Shown: one piece after another, positions 1-9,757 of the stretch
Layout of the letters: each line of letters opens with the position of its first letter
Position numbering within the stretch: position 1 is the first letter of the stretch
NCBI GenBank assembly: GCA_963751025.1
Contig: CAVVTC010000005.1
Location: 414,515-478,514 of the forward strand
DNA from: an uncultured Acidobacteriota bacterium
GTDB taxonomy: Bacteria > Acidobacteriota > Vicinamibacteria > Vicinamibacterales > UBA2999
Direction of reading: 5' to 3'
Length of the DNA: 64,000 nt
Made by a program: the position numbers and the translations under genes
The notes under the pieces: generated by a model
What the model saw: only the letters and a program-made list of their open reading frames with translations
Database searches by the model: none
Told to the model about the DNA's origin: nothing

Positions 1-363
1 CTTGGTGCGGGGCGTGATCGCCGCTTCGACCGCCCGCTCGTCGATGTTGAGCGTATCCGGGCGGATGTCCACGAACACCGGGCGCGCGCCGCGGAGCACG
101 AACGCGTTCGCCGTCGAGACGAACGTGAACGACGGCATGATGACTTCGTCGCCCGGCGCGAGATCAATCAGCAGCGCGGTCATCTCGAGCGCCGCCGTGC
201 ACGACTGCGTGAGCAGCACGCGCGGCGCGCCGGTGCGGCGCTCGAGCCAGGCCTGGCACTGCCTGGTGAAGCGTCCGTTGCCGGCCAGCTGGCCGGCGGC
301 GACGGCTTCCTGGATGTGCGTGAACTCCTTGCCGGTCAGGTAGGGTCGATTGAATGGAATCAT
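1..363 (-). CDS. wecE: DegT/DnrJ/EryC1-family sugar aminotransferase, WecE-like; N-terminal 121 codons only, gene continues beyond window start
   Basis: Hand translation from ATG at 363: MIPFNRPYLTGKEFTHIQEAVAAGQLAGNGRFTRQCQAWLERRTGAPRVLLTQSCTAALEMTALLIDLAPGDEVIMPSFTFVSTANAFVLRGARPVFVDIRPDTLNIDE. It is colinear with the E. coli WecE N-terminus (MIPFN..., PSYTFVSTANAFVLRGA) and in frame to position 1. Confidence 0.8.
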   Translation of the reverse strand, partial: MIPFNRPYLTGKEFTHIQEAVAAGQLAGNGRFTRQCQAWLERRTGAPRVLLTQSCTAALEMTALLIDLAPGDEVIMPSFTFVSTANAFVLRGARPVFVDIRPDTLNIDERAVEAAITPRTK

Positions 364-367
364 CGGC

Positions 368-1298
368 TCACAGCCGATCGACCGAGGCCGCCTCGGACCG
401 ATTGAAGTAGACGACTCCGCCGCTGAAGATCGCCAGCGCCATCAGCAATCCGACCACCAGGCCGGTTCTGGAGAAGCCGCCGATCCCGAGCAGTCCCCAC
501 TTGTACATCTCGACGACCGGGCTCATCGGGTTCAAATATGCGATGAAGTGCAACTGCGGGGGCAGGAGCGACACGCAGCTTCGACAGCGGAAAGATCACC
601 GGCGTCACGTAGAACCAGAGCTGCATGAAATAGCGGATCGAGAACTGCACGTCCTTGTGTCGGGTCTGCAGGACCGTCGTCCACAACCCGACGGAGATGG
701 ACAGGAACGCCGCCATCACCACCGCGAACAGCGCCACCAGGATCTGCGGCCCCAGGCGCAGATAGAACACGCCGTCCTTCACGTAGTAATACACGCAGGT
801 GAGAATCAGCAGCGTGAACAGCACGCCGAACTCGGTGAGCGCAGGCGCGACCGAGGAGATCGGCGCGATGAGCCGGGGGAAATAGACCTTCTTGATGAGC
901 GCGCGGTTCTGGTCCAGGCTTCGCGTCACGCGCTGCACGCCGCGGTCGAAGATGCGCCAGCACGACATCCCGGCGAGGAGGAACAGGAAGTACGGCACGC
1001 CGTCGGACGGCACCTGCAGCATGCTGCCGAAGATGAACGTGCTGATGAGGATCGGCGCCAGCGGCTGAACAAACATCCAGAACCGGCCGAGCGTCTTGTC
1101 CTCGTAGCGTTCGTTGATCCGGCGTGAGGCGAAGAACCACAGGATGCGCCGGTACCGCCAGAGCTCCTCGGCGCGGGCAATGAGCCCGACGCGCGCCGGC
1201 TCGATCACCCACTTCTGCGCCTTCCGTTCGAGGCCCGCGTCGGCGTCGCCGACCAGTGGCGCGCTCAGGCCCAACCAGCGTCTAAGCGCCAGCAGCAT
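368..1298 (-). pseudogene. wzm: ABC-2 type polysaccharide/O-antigen export permease (Wzm/TagG-like), one frame break near 575
   Basis: ORFs 360..1346 and 368..574 join by protein continuity. The first reads RYRRILWFFASRRINERYEDKTLGRFWMFVQPL...KKVYFPRLIAPISSV...FMQLWFYVTPVIFPLSKL; the second, one frame over, reads SLLPPQLHFIAYLNPMSPVVEMYKWGLLG. The likely start is MLLALRR at 1298, overlapping the upstream ATPase stop. Confidence 0.8.
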
Positions 1299-2541
1299 GG
1301 GCCTCCTGCCGGACGGTCCACTCGAGGCGCGGGGCGATGAATCCAACCCGATCCAGCCGCCCTGATGCGGGCGCGTCCGGCGTCTCCGTCCCGTAGACGA
1401 GGAACGACAGCGCGTTGTAGATGACCAGCGGGTATTCCTTGGCCTCGTCGTCCCGCTTGAACATACAGCCGACCGCGGCCACGTACGGCAACTCCGCCAG
1501 CAGGTCGCGCGGGATCTTCGCGAGCGCCTCGTAGGTGCCCGCCACCGGCAGCCGCCGCGCCTCGGTGTCGGTGGTCCTGAAAATGAGCTGCCCTTTCGTG
1601 CTGAGGTCGAGCGCGCACTTCACGGTGAGACTGGGCTTCGTGGTCCGAAAGCGCGTCTTGATATACACGTCCTCCGAGATCGGCGCGCCGCCGATGTCTT
1701 TCCCGCCGGCCGACACCAGTCGCACCGAGAGCACTTCCGCCAGGCGGTTCGATCGGCGGCCGCGCTCGGACTGGGCGATGTCGGCCTGACTCCAGATCGC
1801 GTTCTGATACTCGTCCACGACCTCTTCGGGATCGCCCATCCGCCGGATGGCGCCCTGATGGAGCCACATCACCCGGTTGCAGATCCGCAGAATCGCGTCC
1901 ATGTCGTGCGAGACGAAGAGCACGGTGAGGCCGCTCTGCCCGAGCTCGGCGACCTTCTGCAGACAGCGCTCCTGAAACGCCTGATCGCCGACCGCGAGAA
2001 TCTCGTCGGCGAGGAGGATCTGCGGGTTCATGTGGATGGCCACCGAGAATGCCAGCCGCAGATACATCCCGCTCGAGTAGTGCCGGAGCGGGCTGTCGAC
2101 GAACTGCTCGACTTCCGCGAACGCGAGGATGTCCTTGATCCGGCGCTGCGCCTCGGCGCGCGGGATGCCGAGGATCGCCGCGTTCATCAGGATGTTGTCG
2201 TGCGCGGCCAGATCGGGATCGAATCCGGCGCCGAGCTCCAGCAGCGACACGACCCGGCCGACGCCGACGACGCGGCCGGTGGTCGGTGTGATCACCCGCG
2301 CCAGGACCTTCAGCAGGGTCGTCTTGCCGGCCCCGTTCGGACCGATCACGCCCAGGATGGTGCCGGGCTCGACGCGGAACCCCACGTCGCGAAGCGCCCA
2401 GAAGTCGCGCGTCCGGGGAGACGCGTCGGAGTCGCCACGCGGGGACTTCAGGCGCCGCCACAGCGAGCGCGACGATTTCCCCTCGGATTCACGGCTCAGG
2501 ACGTAGCACTTCCCGAGCCCCTCGGCGACTAAACTATCCAT
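1282..2541 (-). CDS. wzt: Polysaccharide/O-antigen ABC exporter ATP-binding protein (Wzt/TagH-like) with about 170-aa C-terminal extension
   Basis: Intact 419-aa ORF with Walker A GPNGAGKTT, ABC signature YSSGMYLRLAF, Walker B ILLADEILAVGD and H-loop FVSHD. A beta-rich tail follows the NBD, as in Wzt carbohydrate-binding domains. Confidence 0.9.
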   Translation of the reverse strand: MDSLVAEGLGKCYVLSRESEGKSSRSLWRRLKSPRGDSDASPRTRDFWALRDVGFRVEPGTILGVIGPNGAGKTTLLKVLARVITPTTGRVVGVGRVVSLLELGAGFDPDLAAHDNILMNAAILGIPRAEAQRRIKDILAFAEVEQFVDSPLRHYSSGMYLRLAFSVAIHMNPQILLADEILAVGDQAFQERCLQKVAELGQSGLTVLFVSHDMDAILRICNRVMWLHQGAIRRMGDPEEVVDEYQNAIWSQADIAQSERGRRSNRLAEVLSVRLVSAGGKDIGGAPISEDVYIKTRFRTTKPSLTVKCALDLSTKGQLIFRTTDTEARRLPVAGTYEALAKIPRDLLAELPYVAAVGCMFKRDDEAKEYPLVIYNALSFLVYGTETPDAPASGRLDRVGFIAPRLEWTVRQEAHAAGA

Positions 2542-2587
2542 GGATCATCAAAGTTTTATACTACACGTGTCGGCATCGCTCTACAGG

Positions 2588-4234
2588 ATGGGCCTCTCGA
2601 TCGCGTTCGCGCAGTTGAATCCCACGGTGGGCGACGTGGCCGGCAACCTTGCTCGCGTGCGCGGCGCGCGCGACCGGGCGGCTGAACTCGGCGCCGACCT
2701 CGTCGTCTGTTCCGAACTGGTCCTCGTCGGCTACCCGCCTGAAGACCTCGTCCTCCGGCCCGCACTCGTCGAGGCCGCGGCTTCCGCGCTGCGCGAACTC
2801 GAGGGAGACACGCAGAGCGGATCGCCGGCGCTGCTCGTGACGCTGCCCTGGCGCGCCGACGGATGTCTCTACAATGCGGCCGCACTGGTCGCCGACGGCC
2901 GCTCCGAGCTCAGGTTCAAGCACGAACTGCCCAACTACGGCGTCTTCGACGAGAAGCGGCTCTTCAAGCCGGGACCGCTGCCCGCGCCGGTGTCGTTTCG
3001 CGGCGTCCGCCTCGGAATTCCGATCTGCGAGGACATCTGGTTTCCCGCGGTGACGGCGCACCTCGCGCGGGCCGGGGCCGAGATGCTCCTGGTGCCGAAC
3101 GGGTCGCCGTTCGAGGTCGAGAAGTTCGAGGAGCGCATCGACCTCGCGCGCGCGCGAACGAAGGAATCGGGTCTCCCGCTCGCCTACGTGAACCAGATTG
3201 GCGGACAGGACGAACTGGTCTTCGACGGCGGTTCCTTCGTCATGAACCCCGACGGCACGCTCGCGCATCTGCTGCCCTTCTGGCGCGAGTCGATCGTGGT
3301 CACGACATGGGAGAAGGCGCACGACGGCTATCGGTGCGCTGGCGAGGCGAACTGGGACGAGCCGCCGCGGCTCGACGCGATCTACCGCGCGATGATGCTC
3401 GGCCTGCGCGACTACGTCGCCAAGAACGGCTTCCGCGGCGTGGTCCTCGGCCTCTCCGGCGGCATCGATTCGGCGTTGACCGCCGCCGTCGCCGTCGATG
3501 CGCTGGGCGCCGACCGCGTGCGCGGTGTTCGACTTCCCTCTCGATTCACGTCTCAGCCCAGCATGGACGACGCCGCGGACTCGGCGGCCCGTCTGGGCAT
3601 CGAGCTGCAGACGATGGCGATCGGCCAGGCGGTGGAAGCCGCGGAAGCGGCGCTCTCGCCGGCGTTCGCCGGGCGCGACCGTGACGTGACCGAAGAGAAC
3701 CTGCAGGCACGCGTGCGCGGCCTGCTCCTGATGGGGCTGTCGAACAAGTTCGGCGAGCTGCTGGTGACGACCGGCAACAAGTCCGAGATGTCGGTGGGCT
3801 ACGCGACGCTCTACGGCGACATGTGCGGCGGCTACTCGGTGCTGAAGGACATCTACAAGACCGAGGTGTATGCACTGGCCCGCTGGCGAAACGCGCACGT
3901 GCCGGACGAGGGGGCGCTGGCGCGCGAAGGATGTCATTCCGCAATCCTCCATTACGAAGGCGCCGACGGCGGAGCTGAGGCCCAACCAGACCGATCAGGA
4001 TTCGCTCCCGCCGTACGACGTCCTCGACGCGATCCTCCAGGGGCTCATCGAAGACGAGAAGAGCGTCGATCAGATCGTCGCCGCCGGCTTCGATCGAAGC
4101 ACCGTGTCACGTGTCCAGCGCCTGCTCTACTCCGCGGAATACAAGCGCCGCCAGGCGCCGCCCGGGGTGAAGATCACGCGCAAGAGCTTCGGTCGCGATC
4201 GGCGGTACCCGATGACAAACGCTTTCGGGAATAG
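2588..4234 (+). pseudogene. nadE: Glutamine-dependent NAD+ synthetase, two frame breaks (about 3928 and about 4220)
   Basis: N-terminal CN-hydrolase part (LSIAFAQLNPTVGD, CEDIWFP) plus a synthetase part (GLSGGIDSAL, NKSEMSVGYATLYGDM). The sequence continues one frame over in ORF 3870..4376 (VIPQSSITKAPTAELRPNQTDQDSLPPY...KITRKSFGRDRRYPMTN). It returns to the first frame to end RFRE-stop at 4234. The start is chosen at MGLSIAF (2588). Confidence 0.85.
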
Positions 4235-4279
4235 GTCAACCGATGATCACGACACCGTCCTGACGCTCTTATCGGTCTG

Positions 4280-5755
4280 TTGCCGGCAGCGGTCTTCGCA
4301 CAGACGAATGCCGCGTCGCAGGCAGCGCGCACCTGGCGTCAGGGGCATGAACGAGCCATCGTCGACGAGTTCGTGAGCCTCCTCTCGATCCCGAACATCG
4401 CCAGCGATCGCGCGAACATCCAGCGCAACGCCGAAGCCATCGCCGCGATGATGCAGAAGCGCGGCATCGCGCCGAAGCTGGTATCGGTGCCTGGAGGCAA
4501 CCCGATCGTCTTCGGCGAGATTCGCACGCCCGGCGCGACGCGAACGATTGCGTTCTACGCGCACTACGACGGCCAGCCGCTCGACCCGAAGGAATGGGCC
4601 TCACCGCCGTTCGAGCCGACGCTGCGTGACAAGCGAGTCGAAGACGGCGGTCGAGTGCTGCCGCTGCCAGCCGGCGCCGCATTCGATCCCGAGTGGAGGC
4701 TGTACGCGCGCGGAGCCGCCGACGACAAGGCGCCGATCGTCGCGCTGCTGACCGCGGTTGATGCGCTCCGTGCGGCCGGAATCGCCTTCAGGGCCAACCT
4801 CAAGTTCGCGTTCGAAGGCGAGGAAGAGGGCGGATCGCCCAATCTCGAACGGACACTGGCCGCAAACAAGGATCTCTTCGCCGCGGACGTCTGGCTGATG
4901 TGCGATGCGCCGCTGTACCAGACGCGGCAGCAGTCCATCATCTTCGGCGCCCGAGGAGTCACACGGGTCGACATCACCGTGTATGGCCCGCGCACGGAGT
5001 TGCACAGCGGCCACTACGGCAACTGGGCTCCCAATCCGGCGATGTCCCTGGCACGGCTGCTCGCCTCGATGAAAGACGACAGCGGCCGCGTGCTCGTCGA
5101 GCACTTCTACGACGATGTCGTGCCGCTCGGACCTGTCGAGAAGAAGGCACTCGCGGATGCGCCAGCCATCGATGCACGTCTGATGCAGGAGCTCTGGCTG
5201 GGTTCGACCGACGGCCGTCCACAGTCGCTCAACGAGTTGATCACCACTCCGTCGCTCAACATCCGCGGAATGGCCAGCTCGCGCATCGGCGCTCAGGCGT
5301 CGAACGTGATTCCCTCGTCAGCGGAGGTCACGATCGACGTGCGGATGGTCAAGGGCATGGACGGCCGCAAGACCGGCCAGCAGATCGTCGATCACATCCG
5401 CAAGCAGGGCTTCTTCGTCGTGGACCGCGAGCCGACCGCCGAGGAGCGTCGCGCACACGCCAAGGTGGCGAAAGTCGTCGTCGGTCCGGTGGGCGTCGGC
5501 TCACGAACGCCGATGGACCTGCCCATCTCACAGGAAGTCATCCGGGTCGTCGAGAGTGCGCGTGGTCCGGCGGTCAAGCTGCCGACGATGGGCGGCGGGC
5601 TGCCGCTTCAGGAAGTGGAGCGACCGCTGGGCACGCGGACGATCGTGATACCGATGGGCAATCACGACAACAACCAGCACAGCTTCGACGAGAACCTGAG
5701 GATTCAGAACCTGTGGGATGGCATCGAGCTGATGGCCGCACTCCTCACGATGTAG
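4280..5755 (+). CDS. M20-family metallopeptidase (dipeptidase / ArgE-DapE-like)
   Basis: 491-aa ORF with FYAHYDGQP, ARGAADDKAPIVALL and FEGEEEGGSPNLE. A signal-peptide-like string (MITTPS / LTLLSVC / PAAVFAQ) is split over frames at 4243-4300, so the true 5' end may carry indels. Confidence 0.85.
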   Translation: MPAAVFAQTNAASQAARTWRQGHERAIVDEFVSLLSIPNIASDRANIQRNAEAIAAMMQKRGIAPKLVSVPGGNPIVFGEIRTPGATRTIAFYAHYDGQPLDPKEWASPPFEPTLRDKRVEDGGRVLPLPAGAAFDPEWRLYARGAADDKAPIVALLTAVDALRAAGIAFRANLKFAFEGEEEGGSPNLERTLAANKDLFAADVWLMCDAPLYQTRQQSIIFGARGVTRVDITVYGPRTELHSGHYGNWAPNPAMSLARLLASMKDDSGRVLVEHFYDDVVPLGPVEKKALADAPAIDARLMQELWLGSTDGRPQSLNELITTPSLNIRGMASSRIGAQASNVIPSSAEVTIDVRMVKGMDGRKTGQQIVDHIRKQGFFVVDREPTAEERRAHAKVAKVVVGPVGVGSRTPMDLPISQEVIRVVESARGPAVKLPTMGGGLPLQEVERPLGTRTIVIPMGNHDNNQHSFDENLRIQNLWDGIELMAALLTM

Positions 5756-5829
5756 CGGTTCATGTCATGAACCCGTAACAAACGAGGCTGCAGGCAACGT
5801 GTAGCATCCCGTACGGTCGGAGGTTTCTG

Positions 5830-6331
5830 ATGATGTGGACCCGTACGCTTGCCGCTGCCGCGGTTCTCGCGTCAATCGCGATTTCCGCCGAGGCGCAATC
5901 GCAGTCTGCGGACGAACGCGCGATTCGCGACCTGATTGCGCGCTATGACAGGGGCGAATCTGTCGCGAGCACAGACGACACGATCTACTGGACTGGCCCG
6001 TTCAAGCGGCCCACTGTCGGATCTCAGGAACGCGAACCACTCCCGGCCGCCCAGCAGCCATCATCTGCCCGGGTTCCGGGCGCGCCGTCAGAGCGGGTTC
6101 CGGACTCGCGCCGCCGCGTCACGACGCCCGTTCGCATTGAAATCGCGACATCAGGCGGATCTCGCCTACGAATTCAGCAACTCCGAAGTCAGATTCGACT
6201 TGAAGAACGGCGAACGAGAGGCGGCAACCCCAGCATCGGTGTTGCGCGTCTGGAAGAAAGACGGGGGCCAGTGGAAGATCGCGGCGATGTTCGCACGTCC
6301 GCATTACCAGGAGGCTGTCGGAGCGCGATAG
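5830..6331 (+). pseudogene. Secreted DUF4440/SnoaL-like (NTF2 fold) protein, one frame break near 6153
   Basis: The signal peptide MMWTRTLAAAAVLASIAISAEA is followed by ADERAIRDLIARYDRGE...IEIATSG in ORF 5830..6465. ORF 5936..6331 continues with DLAYEFSNSEVRFDLKNGEREAATPASVLRVWKKDGGQWKIAAMFARPH. Confidence 0.65.
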
Positions 6332-6345
6332 ACACGTCTCTGTGG

Positions 6346-6747
6346 CTATCGCCCGGTGCGGGTCGCGGTTGGCGCGCAGAGATCGTCTGTGCAGCGGCCT
6401 CGGCGGACTCGATTGGCGGCGATGAACTTGTAGACCGCATGGCCAAGCTGCCGGAAGCCGGGTAGTCGTCCCATCAGGCCGACCGGCCACATCAGCGGCA
6501 CGACGCGCGCCATCTGCAGATATCCCTCGAACCCTCCGTGCAGGCGCTGGCGCTCGTCGATGACGTACATCTCGATCATCACCTCGGCCTCGCTCAGGCT
6601 GGGCGCGAAGAAGGCGCGGGCCTCGGCGTTGGTGGCGTCCACGAACTGGAGCCGATCGTTCCAGTCGAGGGCACGGATGACGCGCACCGTGCGCCGGCAC
6701 ATCGGGCAGCCGCCATCGAACAGCACGGGCAGACGCTTCGGGTCCAT
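6346..6747 (-). CDS. Thiol-disulfide oxidoreductase DCC family protein (DUF393)
   Basis: Intact 133-aa ORF with the N-terminal VLFDGGCPMCRRTV motif typical of the DCC family. Confidence 0.8.
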   Translation of the reverse strand: MDPKRLPVLFDGGCPMCRRTVRVIRALDWNDRLQFVDATNAEARAFFAPSLSEAEVMIEMYVIDERQRLHGGFEGYLQMARVVPLMWPVGLMGRLPGFRQLGHAVYKFIAANRVRRGRCTDDLCAPTATRTGR

Positions 6748-6772
6748 GACCGTCGACTGATGTCCTACGGCC

Positions 6773-9751
6773 TCATGGTACCCGAGATTCCGGGACGAGC
6801 TGGCGGTTGCCGGGGGTCAGCAGGCGTTCAGCGAGCCCGACGAGACCCGCGATGACGAGCAGCGGCGGGCGCCACGCGCGAGCCGACCACGCCACACGAG
6901 ATCGCGCGCGACGTGCGGATCGCGCGCTGACGTCTTGCACGGCGTTGGCTATCAGGACTGACGGCGATGCAGAGAAGCGCGGGCTGGACTGTCGCGTCGG
7001 AGCCGCGGTCGGATCGACGGCCGAGCAATCGAGCGCCGCGCGGACCTTCACGTTGAGCTCCTCGACTGTCGATGCCTGCTCGACCCGGCTGCCTTTCGTC
7101 GTCCACAGGAACTCCAGCGGCATGGCATCGGCAGCGGCCTGCGGCATGTCGACGCGATACACCGCGACTGCCGGCTTCCCGAGCGACGCGGCCATCGTCA
7201 AGGCGAGACCGTCGATGCCCACCGTCACGGCTGCATATCGAACCGACTCGGACAGAAGCACCGCGTCGAGCTCGCCCGATCGCTCGTAGGCTCGTGGACA
7301 CACGACGACGTTGTCCGCGCCGCTGAACTCCAGCGTCCGCCAGCGAGGCGTGCGAACCGACGGGCGTATCAACACCGCAAGGTCACGCAGCTGCGGATCC
7401 CGACTGGCCCGCAGCGCCGCGACCCAGCGGCGCACCAGGGCCACTTCGCGGCCGGGCTCGCTCAGGACACCCACGGACCCACAGAAGAAGGCAAACGGCC
7501 TCCCCGCCGGCAGACCCAGCATCGCGCGAAACTCCGCGGCATCGACGAGTGGTGGATCGTGCAGTGTGCGATCGAGGAATGCCGGGCCGGTCGCGATGAC
7601 CCGATCGTCGGCGAGAGCGAGATCGCGAATCACACTGCGGCGCTCCTCCTCACTCCGCACGCACACGAGCGAGGGGCCTGCCTGCAGCGACGCAGGATGT
7701 AGTTGACCGTCTGGTGCAGCGCCGATCGTCACGACGGGGATGCCGAACGACGCTGAGGCCCGAATCAGATCCGCCTGCGATGCCCCGCTCTCGTGTGCGG
7801 TGAGGATGTCGCTGTCGGGCAGGATCAAGACCGTGTCCGGCTTGAGCTGCCGGAGGATCTCACGCGCCTCGCTCGACGGGGGAATCGCCCGATCGAGTCT
7901 CGCGATGAGCCGACGCAATCGCGGCGCAGCGATGATCCCTTGCCGGGCCAGGCGGGCCAGCGCCCGGGCGCCCGGCGGCACGATTGACAGCGCGAGCTTC
8001 ACCAGCCATGCCGGAACCTGACCGGGCTTCCGGCGATCGAGCATCGTGGCGTACGCCGACATGGCGTGCAGCCCGCGCGAGATGTTGCCCCATGTGTCCT
8101 GCGGCGGCGGCACCAGTCCCGCCGTCACAACACCCGGCAGGTCGCATCTGATGCGTGCATACGACTCCTCGAGCTGCCCGGTCCGGGCCGTGAAGACGAT
8201 TCTCAGCTGATGGCCCCGCTCGGCGAGCGTTCGCAGAAGAGGTTGGTGGAGGAACAACGACGAGGCCGAGGGCACTCCGATCGCGACGCGGGCGAAGTCG
8301 GGATGCTCGCGACGCGCGGGCAGCGCCGCCGCCCGCCGCGCGGCGAGCGTCGCCACCGGACCGAGCGACACGCGAAGCCATCGCATCCAGCGTGAGACCG
8401 AGCGAGACGCGGCGCGGCGATCGACCACTTCGTGAAAGAGACGGGCCCAGAGCATGAACCCGGGCTTGAGATCGGGGCCGTGAGGGCGCACGAGCATTCT
8501 GATCGCGGCACGACCAGCCACATCAAGCCCATCGCGCACAACGGTTTCGACCGAGAGTCGCAGCTGCTCGAGATCACGGGCCACGAGAGGCCATCCGGTC
8601 CTCGGGTTCGCGTCCGCGCAGAATCGCGCCAGCGCCTGATTGCCCTCGGTTGGCCAGAGCAGCGCGACGAGCGGTTTCGCGCGCGCGGCGGCTTCGAGCA
8701 CCGCGGTCATGTCGGTGGCGACGATCACGTCCGCGTGCTCCAGCGTCTCCGCGATCTCCGCGACATAGCGCTGCGGGTCGATCTGCGATCGTGGAACCAG
8801 CATCCGACCGGCCTGCGTGTCCTCGCGCTGCTCGACTCCCGATGGCGGCGGCGCGTAGACCACGATGCTGGCGTCGCGCACGCGAGCGTCGGCACTCGAA
8901 CCCAGGGCCTCGACCCACTGGCGAAGCCGATCGGGGTGCCGATCGGCCGTGGCATGGTCGGTGGCCAGCACGACAATCGCACGCGAGGGATCGAGCGCGT
9001 GACGGGCGCAGAACTCCTCACGGCTCGTGCTGATGACTCCAGCCGAATCCAGGGGCAGACAGCCCCCGACGACGGCGGTGCGGTGTACAGGAATTCCCAG
9101 CACGTCAACGGCGTATCGGCGCTGTTCGCGGTTCCAGACGGCGACACAGTCCGGGAGCACATGTGGTAGCGCTCCGGACGTCAGGTCATCCCATCGCGTC
9201 GGAAGTCCAATGGTGGGTATCTCCAGCGCATTCGCCGCATGCAGGTAGTCGGGCGCGATTGAGCCAATACCGAACATCGGCACGACCACGAGCAGATCCG
9301 GCTGAAACGCTTTCAGAAACTCGACGATCGACGGAGGCGGCGGCAGCGTGTGCTCGATCGCGCGCAGCGTGCGCACAGCGAGAGGGCGAACGATCCCGGT
9401 CCTGATCATCCAGTGCTGGGCAAGGCGGGCCGCCAAGGGCGGCGCCGTCGCGAGGGCGCGGCGATACGCGGCCACATCTGCCGACGGCGGATCCAGCCAG
9501 CGCACGCAGTCGAGCGCACCGCGGATCGTGGTATTGAGGTCGGACCAGCGATCGAGCGCGGGAGCGGTGCCGAAGGTGAGACGCCGGAACTTTCCCGAGA
9601 ACGCGGCGACGTTGGCACCTGGCGGCGGCTCGTCGTGAACGGCGACGTGCACACGCCCGCGACGGGCAGTCAACTCGGTCAACGCGCTCGCACACGCCTC
9701 CAGTGCGCCGAGGTGGGGGGCGACGACCAGCGTCCTCTTGACCAGTTGCAT
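6773..9751 (-). CDS. 992-aa protein made of two tandem copies of an uncharacterised GT-B-like module (putative glycosyltransferase)
   Basis: Intact ORF. The N-half (…LKAFQPDLLVVVPMFGIGSIAPDYLHAANALEIPTIGLPTRWDDLTSGALPHVLPDCVAVWNREQ) and C-half (…LRQLKPDTVLILPDSDILTAHESGASQADLIRASASFGIPVVTIGAAPDG...) are colinear. Both also align with the single-module paralog at 17919..19401. The gene is last in the CDP-sugar operon. Confidence 0.6.
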   Translation of the reverse strand: MQLVKRTLVVAPHLGALEACASALTELTARRGRVHVAVHDEPPPGANVAAFSGKFRRLTFGTAPALDRWSDLNTTIRGALDCVRWLDPPSADVAAYRRALATAPPLAARLAQHWMIRTGIVRPLAVRTLRAIEHTLPPPPSIVEFLKAFQPDLLVVVPMFGIGSIAPDYLHAANALEIPTIGLPTRWDDLTSGALPHVLPDCVAVWNREQRRYAVDVLGIPVHRTAVVGGCLPLDSAGVISTSREEFCARHALDPSRAIVVLATDHATADRHPDRLRQWVEALGSSADARVRDASIVVYAPPPSGVEQREDTQAGRMLVPRSQIDPQRYVAEIAETLEHADVIVATDMTAVLEAAARAKPLVALLWPTEGNQALARFCADANPRTGWPLVARDLEQLRLSVETVVRDGLDVAGRAAIRMLVRPHGPDLKPGFMLWARLFHEVVDRRAASRSVSRWMRWLRVSLGPVATLAARRAAALPARREHPDFARVAIGVPSASSLFLHQPLLRTLAERGHQLRIVFTARTGQLEESYARIRCDLPGVVTAGLVPPPQDTWGNISRGLHAMSAYATMLDRRKPGQVPAWLVKLALSIVPPGARALARLARQGIIAAPRLRRLIARLDRAIPPSSEAREILRQLKPDTVLILPDSDILTAHESGASQADLIRASASFGIPVVTIGAAPDGQLHPASLQAGPSLVCVRSEEERRSVIRDLALADDRVIATGPAFLDRTLHDPPLVDAAEFRAMLGLPAGRPFAFFCGSVGVLSEPGREVALVRRWVAALRASRDPQLRDLAVLIRPSVRTPRWRTLEFSGADNVVVCPRAYERSGELDAVLLSESVRYAAVTVGIDGLALTMAASLGKPAVAVYRVDMPQAAADAMPLEFLWTTKGSRVEQASTVEELNVKVRAALDCSAVDPTAAPTRQSSPRFSASPSVLIANAVQDVSARSARRARSRVAWSARAWRPPLLVIAGLVGLAERLLTPGNRQLVPESRVP

Positions 9752-9757
9752 CGAGGC

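Noticed and set aside
2-343. 113-aa plus-strand ORF at the window start.
   Set aside because: It is antisense to the well-supported WecE-like N-terminus. Its composition is shadow-ORF-like.
2561-3985. Long ORFs antisense to, or out of frame with, recognised genes. Examples: 2561..3985 (-), 9868..11175 (+), 15634..16704 (+), 17128..19023 (+), 32800..33990 (-), 59775..61430 (+), 62657..63814 (+).
   Set aside because: Their translations are R/A/G/P-rich with no motifs, and they fully overlap genes with clear family signatures. Such shadow ORFs are expected in DNA of about 70% GC.
5757-5773. Palindrome GGTTCATGTCATGAACC just after the M20 peptidase stop, considered as a terminator.
   Set aside because: The 8-nt arms have a 1-nt centre, so they cannot form a stable RNA hairpin loop. 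It may be a protein-binding dyad, but nothing supports a function.
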